Part shown: positions 27,572 through 45,520 of the stretch, in pieces | Position numbering within the stretch: the first letter of the stretch is position 1 | Layout of the letters: each line of letters starts with the position of its first letter | Source: the human T2T-CHM13v2.0 reference genome, Homo sapiens | Strand: one strand, 5' to 3' | Assembly (NCBI RefSeq): GCF_009914755.1 | Contig: NC_060927.1 | DNA: 64,000 nucleotides | Notes under the pieces: model-generated | The model's database searches: none | Told to the model about the DNA's origin: nothing | What the model saw: only the letters and a program-made list of their open reading frames with translations | Position numbers and translations under genes: made by a program

Positions 27572-28544
27572 CTCAGAAATATGTTGCTACTTGGCTGCCT
27601 CTACTCTATTATTGTACACCTTGAAGGCGAGGTTAATTAAGTCCTGTTGTGGGGTTTGAGGGCTGGAATTTAATTTTTGGAGTTTTATTTAATATCGGGA
27701 GCAGATTGGGTAATAAAATGTATATTGAGAATAAGACGGCCTTTTGACCTTTTAGGGTCTAGGGCTGTAAAGCATCTCAGGGTTGCTGCCAAACGAGTCA
27801 TGAACTGGGCTGGATTTTTATATTTGATGAAAAAGAGCCTAAATGCTATCTGATTTGGGATAAAGAAAAAGGACCACTAACTTTGACTATGCCTTTAACT
27901 CCAGCCAACTTTTTAAGAGTAAATTGCTGGGCAGGTTGGGGAGGGCCAGTCAGGGAATGAAACTGTAAGCCAGACCTGGTGTGAGGAGGGGAGGTGATAA
28001 AAGGATTATAGGGTGGAGGAGTGGAGGCTGAGGAAGAATTGGGACCTAGCTCAGCCTGGTGAGGAGCAGCCTGGGGAGGAGGGGAGAGGTCAGATGGGTC
28101 TGTAGAAAAGGAAGATTAGAAAGACTCAGTGATGCTTGGGGTTGGGACTGAGGAGACAGGTGGGAGGGAAAGAAGGAAGATTTGGGACGAGTTGCATTGG
28201 GAACAGAGACTAGGGAGGGACCGATGTATAAAAGAATGCCTGGATGTCAGGCACCTCAGACCATTTGGCCATTTTTTGACAAGAATTATTTAGATCTTGT
28301 AGGATGGAAAAATTGAAAGTGCCATTTTCCGGCTATTTGGAACTACTGTCGAGTTTGTATTGGGGTCAAGCGGCATTGCAAAAGAAAATAAGATGCTTAG
28401 ATTTTAGGTCAGGTGAGAATTGAAGAGGTTTTAAGTTCTTAAGAACACAGGCTAAGGGAGAAGAAGGAGGAATGGAAGGTGGAAGCTTGTGCATAGTGAA
28501 GGAGGCAAGCCCAGAGAAAAGAGAGTAGAGACACAGAGAAGGGG

Positions 28545-28785
28545 TGGGGGGTTCTTGCCCTCCAGAAAAGCAGAGAAGGGGTCAGGGCGTGGAAATATGG
28601 GGTTGGGGCACAGAGATAAGAGGTTGGGGCATGGAAATAAGGGATCGGGGTGCAGAGATATTAGGTCGGGATTCCTGCCCCTCCTCCAGAAAAGCGGGAC
28701 TTGCCACTAAGGGTGAAAGAGAAGGTGTTGAAGGGTTCTTGCCCCTCCCCCAGAAAAGCAGGACTTGCCGCTAAGGGTGAAGGAC
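28545..28785 (-). repeat. HERV-H leader tandem repeats
   Basis: Three copies of (c)ccagaaaagc... and ~21-bp ggggcatggaaataag/ggggcacagagataag units. Confidence 0.7.
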
Positions 28786-29069
28786 CAAGACAGGCGTCCC
28801 TGCGTGGTCTGACACCTCTGAAACCTGGGTGAATAATCAGAGAGGTGTCCCTGCAATGATTAAACACCAAGGGAAGGCTGCCTTCCCTAGTCCATGACCA
28901 GCGCCAGAGTTTTGGGTCCACGGATAAAATGTGCCTCCTTTGTCTCTACCAGAAAATGAAAGGAATTGAAATTAAGAGAAGGGAGAGATTGAAGTGTGGC
29001 ACCAAGATTGAAAGGAGATAGAGGTTGAGGGATAGTGAGGGAGGTTGGAGAAGAGAGTAAAAAGAGGCT

Positions 29070-29078
29070 GCTTACCAG
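29070..29078 (-). other. HERV-H major splice donor (CTG|GTAAGC)
   Basis: + strand gcttaccag, ~150 nt downstream of the 5' LTR on the minus strand. Confidence 0.7.
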
Positions 29079-29201
29079 ATTTAAAATTGGTGAGATCTTG
29101 CTTGGGCTGCTTGGTCTGAGGACCAGAAGTCATAGGTGGCTCTCTCTCACGGAGCAAAGAGCAGGAGGACAGGGGATTGATCTCCTAAGGGAGCTTGCCC
29201 G

Positions 29202-29219
29202 ATCTGAGTCATGGCACCA
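29202..29219 (-). other. tRNA-His primer binding site
   Basis: Minus strand TGGTGCCATGACTCAGAT; two CpG-type transitions from TGGTGCCGTGACTCGGAT. Confidence 0.9.
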
Positions 29220-29221
29220 AA

Positions 29222-29622
29222 TTTCACTCACATCCATGTGAAAAGACCACCAAACAAGCTTTGTGTGAGCAACAAGGCTGTTTATTTCACCTGGGTGCAG
29301 GTGGGCTGAGTCCAAAAAGAGAGTCAGCGAAGGGAGACGGGGTGGAGCCATTCTATAGGATTTGGGTAGGTAAAGGAAAGGGGGGTAGTTCTCTGGCAGG
29401 CAGGAGTGGGGGTCACAAGGTGCTTAGTAGGGGAGCTTTTGAGCCAGGATGAGCCAGGAGAAGGAATTTCACAAGATAATGCCATCAGTTAAGGCAGGAA
29501 CAGGCCATTTTCATTTCTTTTGTGGTGGAATGTCATCAGTTAAGGCAGGAACTGGCCATCTGGATGTGTACATGCAGGTCACAGGGGATATGATGGCTTA
29601 GCTTGGGCTGAGAGGCCTGACA
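29222..29622 (-). repeat. HERV-H 5' LTR (LTR7B-type)
   Basis: Direct repeat of 23807-24207, adjacent to the PBS. Confidence 0.93.
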
Positions 29623-30388
29623 TGCAGCATTATTATTTCTGAGTTCTCTACTCTGTTCCCTTGGTCTATGTGTCTGTGTTTGCACTAGTACCATGCTGTT
29701 TTGGTCACTGTAACTTTGTAGTGTAGTTTGAAGTCAGATAATGTGTCTTTTTCTTTTTGCTTAGGATTGTCACGGCTATTCATTCTTTTTTTAAAATTTT
29801 GGTTCCATATGAATTTTAAAATAGTTTTTGTTGTAGTTCTGTAAAAAATGTCATTGGTAGTTTGATAGGAATACCAAACTGAATATTCAATTTAGTTTGA
29901 TTGAATCTGTAAATCGCTTTGAGCAGTATGGCCATTTTAACAATACTGATTCTTTCTATACGTGAGCATGGAATGTTTTTCCATTTGTTTGTGTCCTCTC
30001 TATTTCTTTAAGTAGCGTTTTGTAATTAGCATTGTAGAGATCTTTCATCTCCACTGTTAGCTGTATTCCTAGGGATTTTATTCTTTTTGTGGCTACTATG
30101 AATGGAATTGTGTTCTTGCTTTGGCTCTCAGTTTGAATGTTGTTGCTGTAGGGGAGGGCTACTGATTTTTGTGTATTGATTCTGTATCCTGAAACTTTGC
30201 TGAAGTTGCTTATCAGATAAGGGAGCTTTGGGGCAGATACTGTGAGATTTTCTAGGTATAGAATCATGTCATCTGCTGACAGGGATAGTTTGACTTCCTT
30301 TCTTCCTAATTAGATGTTTTCTATTTTTTTCTCTTGCCTGATTACTCTGGCCAAGGCTTTCAGTGTTTTGTTGAATAAGAATAGTGAG
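29623..30388 (-). mobile_element. L1PA15/16-like element, upstream part (5'-truncated in ORF2)
   Basis: ORF 29956-30267 [15 protein letters not shown]...LGIQLT; continues the L1 across the HERV-H TSD. Confidence 0.88.
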
Positions 30389-31329
30389 TGAATTACTTTA
30401 AGAATTGAGTTTAAAAATTCTATTTTGTCTAACTGCTAAGATTGAAATAGTGCAGTGTTTAAGCATGAAATCTTAGGGAGATAGAAAAAGCTATCCAAAA
30501 TATAATTTCATTTCTTCTTCTTAAAATGAGCTAAATTTTTAAAATTCAAACATTCATAAACAAACCTAACACTTCAAAGAGTGTCTGAAATGTTAAATTT
30601 GATGGAGATAATATCAGTACATGGGAGGAAAAAAACTGAATACCTGCCTTCAAGGGCAACTCCTTACAATATTGTTTGCAGAAGAACTTGGTATTTTTGT
30701 TTTCAGTCAACCTTCTCTCTAACTTCATTGTGGAAATCAGAGAACATTATATATAATCATGTTTATCAACCAATGTACAATAGATTTATTTAATAAAAAG
30801 GAGCATATAAAACAAAGTTATTTCTAGTAAAATTCTTTTAGGCTTTTTCTATTTTTTGGCAGACAAACCATATGGCTCATGTTGTAGAATAATTTGGTGA
30901 GTTGATCCCCATGCTCAAGCTTATGCTTCTTAAGAATTATGATGATGTTTTTTCTAACTTCTAAATATACATTGAAAGTATTTGAAAATTTTGAAAAATT
31001 GTAATATTTAAATAAAGTTTCCCGAATTATTTTTTCTCTCTTTTCTTCTATTACCTTTCTCCTTCTACTTCTTTCTATTCTTCTGATAAACTAGGAGTAT
31101 TAACTTTTAGATAAGTAACCTTTTTAGTAGTAACAGATTTTTTTAAATAATGCAACTGTAATTTTCTTATAACATTAGTGATGTAGTTGTAGCAAGGTCC
31201 TGCTGGTTAAATTCTACATATAGAATTCTATGATTCCTCAAATTTGTAGAGAAGGAGAAAAAGTCACTGTCTATGCAAAATGAGCATCAGGATAAGAGCC
31301 ATTTGATTCATGACAGGTTGTCACTCAAT

Positions 31330-31725
31330 AATAATAATATGGAGAATTAATGACTATATATCTGTATCGATGTCTAATCCATATTCATACACATATCCCT
31401 TTTATCTGTCTACTTACTCTGGAGGTAGACTATCTGTGTTTACATATCAAATTAGTAACTCTGTAACTTTTCAAAACTTCAGTTTCTACACAATAATAAT
31501 ATTCTTCACACTAATAATATGACAATTAATGTCTATATATGTATATCACTAATCTATATTCATAAACGTACCTCTTCTATCTATCTACTTACTCTGGAGG
31601 TAGACTGTGTTTATATATCAACTATATTCATATACATACCTCTTTTATCTACTTACTCTGGAGGTAGACTATCTGTGTTTATATATCAAATCAGTAACTG
31701 TAGCTTTTCAAAACTTTGGTTTCTT
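31330..31725. repeat. Nested tandem duplication (~180-bp unit x2 with an internal ~64-bp duplication)
   Basis: Identical 23-mer tctacttactctggaggtagact at 31409, 31584 and 31648; flanks align with some divergence. Confidence 0.85.
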
Positions 31726-31822
31726 TATTTGCAAAAATGAAAAAGAAAATAAAAGATGAATAAAATGAAGAAGAAGAAGATAAAAACGAGAAAATGGGAA
31801 AATTATACGGTGTATCTTTAAG

Positions 31823-32270
31823 TAGTAGCCATCAAATGGGGGTAATCCTGTTCCCCAGAAAATATTTGACAATGACTGGAGATATTTTGGTTGTCATAAT
31901 GGTTTGGGGCTTGAGATGGGGAATGCTACTGCTAAATAGTGGGTAGAGGCTAGAGATTCTGCTGATAAACATTCTACCACTTATATAAGACCCCCACAAA
32001 TAATTATCTGGTTCAAAGCATAAATAATGTCTCATTCAAGCATAAAAAAGCCCAGTTAGCTTCTGAGATTAGAGGAGATTGAGCACATTCAACAATAACA
32101 AAACAATGATATGAGCTGATGATAGGTTAATTAGCTTAAATGTGGTGATCGTTTTCTTATGTATACATATATCAAAACACAAAGTTGTACACCTTAAATA
32201 TATACAATTTTTGTCAATCGTTCATTAATAAGCTGACAAAAAGTCCTAGTGTCAAGGTTAAGAAACCCTA
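31823..32270 (+). mobile_element. MER20 (hAT) DNA transposon interrupted by an L1M 3' fragment (~32040-32240)
   Basis: gacaatgactggagatattttggttgtca...agtgggtagaggctagagat; terminal tagtgtcaaggttaagaaaccct lies after the L1 piece (aagttgtacaccttaaatatatacaatt). Confidence 0.75.
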
Positions 32271-32324
32271 GCTTACAAGGGCACATTTTTGATGATATAA
32301 AATTAACACTTCTAAAAAAGCTTC

Positions 32325-32543
32325 TAGTGGTATACTAGAGCCACCTCATACCAGCTTGTGAGATAAGGTTGTTCACATCGCTGCTCAACTTTCATTGAGT
32401 GGAAATACATTGGGAGGTTTACATTGACCACACTAGGTGTATTTCCACAACTAAATTTGACAAACTATAAATCAGGTATTCTGCTCCACATACACTGTGT
32501 GTCCCCGGAGAGCTGGTTGTTAAACATGTACTATCCTCCATTG
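32325..32543 (+). mobile_element. MER63-like hAT DNA transposon
   Basis: tagtggtatactagagcc...gagagctggttgttaaacatgtacta...cattg termini. Confidence 0.6.
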
Positions 32544-34714
32544 CTTAGCACATTGCTTGGTATATTGAAACTACTGTATAAATACTAGCTACTATTATTT
32601 TTATGAAGCCCTCTCAAGTAATCTGGAAAAATCACTCTGCATTTTATTTTTTTCTTTCCTTATTGCTTATTTATTATTAAGCTTCCATTTCTCCTGATGA
32701 TTTTATGATAGACTACTAACTATCCCTAGTTTTAACCAAGTCCTCCTCTATTTTTCATGCTTCAGTAATATTTATTATTGTAAAATGCAAATTTAAACCT
32801 GTTACTACCATATTTAATATTTTACAGTGACTTGCCATTTTTTATGGTATTAATCTGACCTCCTTAGTGTAGAATTGTGGGCCTTTTAACCTCATTCCAG
32901 AGGGCCCTGCAATTCACAGACCCTTTATTCAGATATATATACACTGGTGACTTCTCTATTGATCTTGTTATATTATATTGTCCTTTCTCTCAGTCAAACT
33001 AATTTGAGCTATTATTCAAAGGTAAGGAAAACTAACTCTGTCACCACTTATTGATTCAATATTTTCTCTTACGTATGCCTGGACCTTAGCTTACAAAATG
33101 TTAAGGCCAACCATCTTACTCTTTTTGTTCTGGGGAGTGATGCTATATGGGAGAGAAGTGAGCATAGGATGTTACAAATATTTCCTAAGTAAAAACAGGT
33201 CACAATACTTAATATATCAAACTTTGGCTGCCTCATATATCACAATTTGAGTATCTTTACATTTTACATTCTACACTCTGAATAGCTCTACCATACATTA
33301 TATATAATTTACATTATTTCAATTCTTCAGTACATTCCAGAAGCCCAGTAAATGTTACGTATAATAGTTGTCATAGAAGATGGCTGACTAGAAGCAGCAG
33401 GATTCGGAGGCTCCCTTCGACAAAAACCATAATAAGCATGTGAACCTTTCACTAGCAACCAAGGTATCCAGGTTCTGTCGTCAAAACTGACATGAAAGCT
33501 GGCATGACCCACAGAGAGAAGGAAGAGCAGTGTGGTGTGACCCACCTGAGAGCCACATGGGGAAGGGAAACCCCTTCCTCTCAGCGAAGGGAGGTGGTGA
33601 GTGAGTGTGATACCCAGCTGGGGAAACTGTGCAACCCACACGGATGGAAAGATCCCACTCACAAGCCCATGCCACCAGGGCCTAGAGTCCCAACCCCAGA
33701 ACATGCAGATTCTTAACAGCCTTTTAGCTGGAACCTGCTTAAGCCTACCAAACTCCTAGGGGGAGGGGCAACGAGCAACTGCTGCAGCTGCCTGCTGTCT
33801 AAGCCATTTGAGCTCCTTGTGGGCGTGGCAGCAGCCAGCACTGGGAATTTCAACTGCCTAACAGGTTAAGGGGTAAGGGGAAGGGCAGTACCATTTTGTA
33901 TGCTCCCCGGGTAGGGGGAAGGGCAGTACCCATTTTGTATAGCTCCAGACTGTGCTTTTCCCCCTGCTGGAGTCAGGGAGGCTGGATGGCTTGGTCCCAA
34001 GCCTTGTTCCCACAGCCCAACACACCCACTGTGGCAGTCTGCAGCCAGAGTGCCTCTTCAGGTCTAACCTTGACCCATCCTTCCTCAGTGGGTAGGGCTT
34101 CCTGCTGCAGGATCTCCAATAGCTCCAGAGGTTCAGGGACAGAATTCAGATCTCCCTGGGTCTCAGCCCCTAGCGGGAGGGGTGGCCGCAGTCTCTGTGG
34201 ACCAGCAGACGTAGCCTCTCCTCCTGGTAGTTCTGAGGAATCTGGGCAGCCCAGATGAGTGGGTTTCCTCACAGTGAAACACACCTTCTCCACCAAGGGA
34301 CAAAGTGCTTCATTAAATAGGCCATGCTCCCTGTGCCACCCAACTGGGTAAGACCCTCCAATAGGGATTCTCACACACCCTATACAGGAGTGATCCTACT
34401 GACATCAGGTTGGTGACCCTTGAAGTCAGAGGTCCCATAAGAAGGAGGAAGCACTCATTTTTGCTGCTTTCCAGCCTCCTTGAGTGACACCTTCAGGCAC
34501 AAGAGCAAATCAGAGAATGGGGCCTGAAGTGAACCCCCAGAAAACTGTAGCAGCCCTACAGAAGAGGAATCTGATTATTGAAAGAAAAACAAACAAGCAG
34601 AAAGTGACAACAGCGTCATCAACAACAACAACAACAACAACAATAAAGGCCCCCACAAAAGCCCCATCCAAGGGTCAGCAACCTCAAAGACCAAAACTAG
34701 ACAAACTCACGAAG

Positions 34715-35760
34715 ATGAGAAAGAATCAACAAAAAATGCTGAAAACCCAAAAGGCCAGAGTGCCTCTTCTCCTCCAAATGATTACAGGATTACAGTGTCT
34801 GTCCATCAAGGATGCAGAACTGGACAGAGGATCAGATGGACGACTTGACAGAAGTAGGCTTCAGAAGATGGGTAATAGAAAACTATGCTGAGCTAAAGGA
34901 GCATGTTCCAACCCAATACAAATAAGCTAAGAGCCTTGATAAAATGTTAGACTAATTGCTAACTAGAATAACCAATGAAGAGTGAAACATAAACGACTGG
35001 ATGGAGCAGAAAAACACAGCATGAGAACTTCGCAAAGCATACACAAGCATCAATAGCCAAATCGACCAAGTGGAAGAAAGGACATCAGAGTTTGAAGACC
35101 ACCTTACTGAAATAAGACTTGCAGACAAGAACAGAGAAAAAAGAATAAAAAGGAATGAACAAAGCCTCCAAGAAATATGAGACTTCATAAAAAGTACTAA
35201 ACCTATGATTAATTGGAATACTAGAAGGAGACAGGGAGAATAGAAACAAGTTGGAAAACATAGGTCAGAATATTATCCAGGAAAACTTCCCCAGCCTAGC
35301 AAGACAAGTCAACATGCAAATTCAGGAAATACAGAGAACACCATTAAGATACTCCATGAGAAGATCAACCCCAAGACACATAATCATAAGATTCTCCAAG
35401 GTTGAACTGAAGGAAAGACTGTTAAGGGCAGCCAGAGAAAAAGGCCAGGTCACCTATAAAGGGAAGCCCATAAGACTAACAGTGGACCTCTCAGCAGAAA
35501 CTTTATAAGCCAGGAGAGACTGGGGACAACACTCAATATTTTTAAAGAAAATAATTTTTGACCCAGAATTTCCTTTCCAGGCAAACTCAGCTTCACAAGC
35601 AAAGGAGAAATAAAATCCTTTCCAGATAAGTAAATGCTGAGGGATTTTGTGACCACCAGGCCTGCCCTGCAAGAGCTCCTGAAAGAATAACTAAATATGG
35701 AAAGGAAAACTGGTACTAGCCACTGCAATAACACACCAAAATATAAAGACCAAATGACAC
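34715..35760 (+). pseudogene. L1 ORF1p remnant
   Basis: MRKNQQK start; IIQENFPSLARQVNMQIQEIQRTP...PRHIIIRFSK...GKPIRLTVDLSAETL; stops and frameshifts. Confidence 0.88.
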
Positions 35761-35809
35761 TACACAAAACTGCATCAACTAGGGTGCAAAATGACCAAAT
35801 AGCATCATG

Positions 35810-39760
<3,951 letters not shown>

Positions 39761-40796
39761 CTATGTGGCCATAAAAATGAATGAGATCATGTCCTTTGCA
39801 GGGACATGGATGAAGCTGAAAGCCACTATCCTTCGCAAACTAACACAGGAACAGAAAACCAAACACTGCATGTTCTCACTCATAAGTGGGAGCATAACAT
39901 TGAGAACACATGGACACAGAAAGGGAAACAACACACACCAGGGCCTGTTGTGGGGTGGAGAGTTAGGGGAGGGAATTTAGAGAACAGATCAATAGGTTTA
40001 GCAAACCACCGTGGCACATATATACCTATGTAACGAACCTGAACGTTCTGCATATGTATCCTGCTTTTTTTTTTTAGAAGAAATAAAGGGAAAAAAATAG
40101 TTGTCATAGAAAAATACTGGATAATTTGTTCATATAAATCTTAACATTATTTGGAATAAATTTTATTTACACTACAGCATTATTATGAAATCTTTATACA
40201 ACTATCAGTTAATATACAAATTATTTTGAGCAACATTGACCACAAAACAAGGTAAACATATCCACCTACACTTTTAAAAATAGTATGCCTTATGAATTCC
40301 CAGCCATAAACATGAAAATACAAAAATAATCATAGACTTATGGAAAATGTTTCTTCCACAGCAGGATTTCACTACTTAGAATTGTTAAAAATGGGCAACA
40401 TTGAGAGGAAAGCCATAAAAAATGGGGAAAAATAACATAAAAATAAAGATGTGATATCTGAAATTAAATGTCATGATTGAGGGTATTAAAATGTATTGAA
40501 GAATACCAGGAATATCTCCTAATTCAGCTCAGCACATGTAGATGGGTGTGCACAATTCCTGGTAAATATTCTATGATTCTCCTCTCTACAATATCTTTCA
40601 ATTTAACCTTTTAATACAAGTATACCAAAATCAGAGACACATGGTAATCTGTCTTGGTTGGTAACCTAATCATAAGAATGTTTTACAATGGTTACCACGT
40701 AAAAAACATACTAAAAGCCTGCACTACCATCTCCAAGAAGCTTATGACTCTCAGTCATGAAAAATTTATTGAGCATCATAAAATGTCAGCATAGAT

Positions 40797-41760
<964 letters not shown>

Positions 41761-41841
41761 AGCTGAGATCATGCCACTGCACTCCAGCCTGGGCGACAGA
41801 GTGAGACTCCGTCTCAAAAAAAAAAAAAAAAAAAAAAAAAA
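41761..41841 (+). mobile_element. Alu 3' end fragment with A tail
   Basis: agctgagatcatgccactgcactccagcctgggcgacagagtgagactccgtctc plus an A run. Confidence 0.9.
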
Positions 41842-42741
41842 CCCTAAAACCATAAAAACCCTAGAAGAAAACCTAGGCAATACCGGACATAGGCATGGGC
41901 AAAGATTTCATGACTAAAACACCAAAAGCAGTGGCAACAAAAGGCAAAATTGACAAATGGGATCTAATTATACTAAACAGCTTCTGCACAGCAAAAGAAA
42001 CTATCATCAGAGTGAACAGGCAACCTACAGAATGGGAGAAAATTTTTGCAATCTATCCATCTAACAACGGGCTAATATCCAGAATGTATAAATACCTTAA
42101 CAAATTTATATTTACAAGAAAAAAGCAACCCCATCAAAAAGTGGGCAAAGGATATGAAAAGACACTTTTCAAAAGAAGACATTTTTGCCACCAACAAACA
42201 TATGAAAAAAAACTTATCATCACTGGTCATCAGAGAAATGCAAATCAAAACCACAATGACATACCATCTCACGCCAATTAGAATGGCAATTATTAAAAAG
42301 TCAGAAAACAACAGATGCTGGAGAGGATGCAGAGGAATAGGAACACATTACACTGTTGGTGGGAGTGTAAATTAGTTCGACCATTGTGGAAGACAGTATG
42401 GCAATTCCTCAAAGATCTAGAACCAGAAATACCATTTGACCCAGCAATCCCATTACTGGGTATATATCCAAAGGATTATAAGTCATTCTTCTATAAAAAG
42501 ACATGCACACATATGTTTACTGTTCACAATAGCAAAACTTGGAACCAACCCAAATGCCCATCAATGATAGACTGGATAACGAAAAGTTGGCAAATATGCT
42601 CCATGGAATACTATGCACCCATAAAAAAGGATGAGTTCATGTCCTTTGTAGGGGCATGGATTAAGCTGGAAACCATGATTCTCAGCAAACTAACACAGGA
42701 AAAGAAAACCAAACACCATATGTTCTCATTCATAAGTGGGA
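41842..42741 (+). mobile_element. L1PA (approximately PA7-8) ORF2 3' region, truncated at both ends
   Basis: [12 protein letters not shown]...IDKWDLI and [24 protein letters not shown]; ends at cataagtgggag. Confidence 0.88.
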
Positions 42742-45520
42742 GATGGTATCTTATTGTAGATTTTATTTGCATTTTTCTGATGATCAGTGATGTAGAGGAC
42801 ATTTTCATATAACCGCTCAGCATTTTCATGTCTTCTTTCAAGAAATGTCTATTCAGCTCTTTTGCCATTTTAAAAAATTGGATTACTAGAATTGTTTCCT
42901 ATAGAGTTGTTTGATTTCCTTTTATATTCGATTTATTAATCCATTGTCTGGTGGATACTTTGCAAATATTTTCTCCCATTCTGTGAGTTTTAACTTTTTT
43001 GTTTTCTTTGCTATGTAGAAGATTTTTAACTTGACATGATCCCTTTTCTCTATTTTTGCTTTGATTATCTGTATTTTGGTGGTATTACTCAAGAATTCTC
43101 GGCCCAGTCTGATGTTCTGGAGAGTTTCCTCAACGTTTTATTTTAGTCATTTCACCCTTTCAGGTCTTAATATTTAGGGCCTTAATGCATTTTGATTTAA
43201 TTTGTGTATGGCAAGACATATGGGTCTAGTTATATTCTTCTGCTTCAGGATATCCAATTTTCCCAGCACCATTTATTGAAGAAACTGGCCTTTCCACCAA
43301 TGTGTGTTCTTGGCTCGTTTGTCAAAAATTAGTTCAATGTAGATGATTGGATTTGTTTCTAGGTTTTCTATTCTGTTCCATTGCTCTATTTGTCTGATTT
43401 TATGCCCATACCTTGCTGTTTGGGGTACTATAGCTCTGTTCTATAACTTGAAATCAGGTCATTTGAGTCCTCCAGTTTTGTTTTTTTGTTCAGAACACAT
43501 TTGGCCTCTGCATCTTTTGTGGTTCCACATAAATTTTAGGACTCTTTTTTCTATTTCTTTTAAGAATGACATTGAAACTTTGACAGGCATTACACTGAAC
43601 CTGTAGATTACATTGGATTGTATGGAAATTTTAACAATATTGATTCTTCCAATTCATGAACATGGACTATATTTCTAATTTTTTGTGTTCTTTGCCCTTC
43701 CTTCATCAACATTTTATAGTTTTCATGTGGAGTCCTTCATTTATTTAATTAACTTTATTCCTATGTATTTTTATTTTATTTGTACCTACTGTAAATTGGA
43801 TTATGTTCTTGATTTGTTTTTAGATTTTTCACTGATGGCATATAAAAATGCTACTGATTTTATACATTGATTTTGTGTCCTACAACTTTATTGAATTTGT
43901 CTATCACTTCTAATAGCTTTTTTGGTTGAGTCTTTGAGTTTTTTTAAAATATAAAATAATGTAATCTTCAAACAATGATAATTTTACATATTCCTTTCCC
44001 ATTTGGATGCCCTTTATTTCTTTCTCTTGTCTGATTGCTCTAGCTAGGACTTCCAGTGATATGTTGCATTATAGTGGTGAAGGTGGGCATCCTTACTTGT
44101 TCCGGATCTTAGAGAAAAGGCTTGCATTTTTTCCCTATTCAGTATGATATTAGTTGTGTGTCTGTCATATATGGCTTTAATTATGTTGACATATGTTCCT
44201 TCTATAACCAGTTTTTTGAGGGTTTTTATATGGAGGAATGTTGACTTGTATCAAATGCTTTTTAGCATCAATTTAAATGATCATATATATTTATTTTTGT
44301 CTTTCATTCCATTGATATGATGTATCACAATGATTGATTTGCATATGATGAGTTATCCTTGCACCCCTGGGATTAATCCCACTTGATCATAATGAATGAT
44401 CTTTTAAATGTTTTGTTGGGTTCACTTTACTAGTATTTTGATAATAATTTTGCATCTGTAGTAGTCATGGATATTGGCCTGTAGTTTTCTTGATGTGTCT
44501 TCATCTGGTTTTTGTACTAAGGTAATACCTGCCTTGTAGTATTAGTTTGGAAGTATTCACTTGTCTTCTATTTTTTTGAATAGTTTGAGTAGTATTAGCA
44601 GTAGTTTTTTTTTTAATGTTTGGGAAAATACAGCAGTGAGACATCATTATCTGGGTTTTCTTTTGGGGGGGAAGTTTTATGGCCTTAATCTCTTTACTTG
44701 TTATTGGCTTACTGAGGTTTTTTCATTTATTCATGGTTCAATCTTGGTAAGTTGTATGTGTCTAGGAATTTATCCATTTCTTCTCAGTTTTCCAATCTAT
44801 TGGCATATAGTTGCTCATAGCAGCCACTAGTGATCATCTGCATTTCTGTGGTATCATTTGTAATGTCTCCTTTTAAAACTTTGATTGTATTATGTTAGTC
44901 TTCCCACTTTTTTTTTTTTTTTTTGTAGATAGTCTGGGTAAAAGTTCGTCACATATCCTTATTGCTCCATTATTGATCATTGGTCCCTTATTTAGTTCAT
45001 TTGGCCAGTGCATGTATTCCTGGTTGGTCTTGATGCTTGTGGATGTTTGTCAGTGCATGGGCATTAAAGAATTAGGTGTTTATTGTAGTCTTTGCAGTCT
45101 GGGCTTTTTTGTACTCATCCTTCCTGAGAAAACTTTCCAGATATTCAAAGTAACTTGGGTATAGCGATCTAAGTTTTGTCCACTGCAGCCATGTCTATAT
45201 TAGGGGACACCCCAAGCCCAGTAATGTTGTGGCTGTTGCAGACAGACTTGTAGAAGTAGTAGAAGTTCTGCCTTGGTGGTCTTGGATAAGATCCAGAAGA
45301 ATTATCTGGATTATAAGGCATAGACTCTTGTATTCTTCCCTTACTTTTTCCATTACAAAAGACATCTATTTATATATGCTGAGCTGCCTAGAGTTGGAGG
45401 AGGGGTGACAGAAGCCCTCCTGTGGCTACCATCACTGTGACTGTGCTGCGTTAGACTTGAAGTCAGCTAACACTGGATCTTGCCCAAGGCCTGCAGTAAC
45501 CACTGCCTGGCTATCATCAT
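42742..45520 (-). mobile_element. L1MA-type element, antisense; ORF2 3' half joined to 5'UTR/ORF1 start by a large internal deletion (~44940)
   Basis: 42742-44940 is antisense ORF2; 44975-45520 is the reverse complement of sequence homologous to ~1690-2190. Confidence 0.8.

Larger units (their letters stand above)
23807..29622 (-). mobile_element. HERV-H provirus, complete two-LTR, env-deleted (RTVL-H2-type) form, 5816 bp
   Basis: Two 401-bp LTRs, His PBS, polypurine tract, gag zinc knuckles, RT and RNase H peptides; perfect TSD TGCAG at 23802-23806 and 29623-29627. Confidence 0.97.

Noticed and set aside
31409-31670. CRISPR-like palindromic direct repeats
   Set aside because: Eukaryotic DNA, only three copies, and the spacers are unequal and homologous to each other; this is a tandem duplication.
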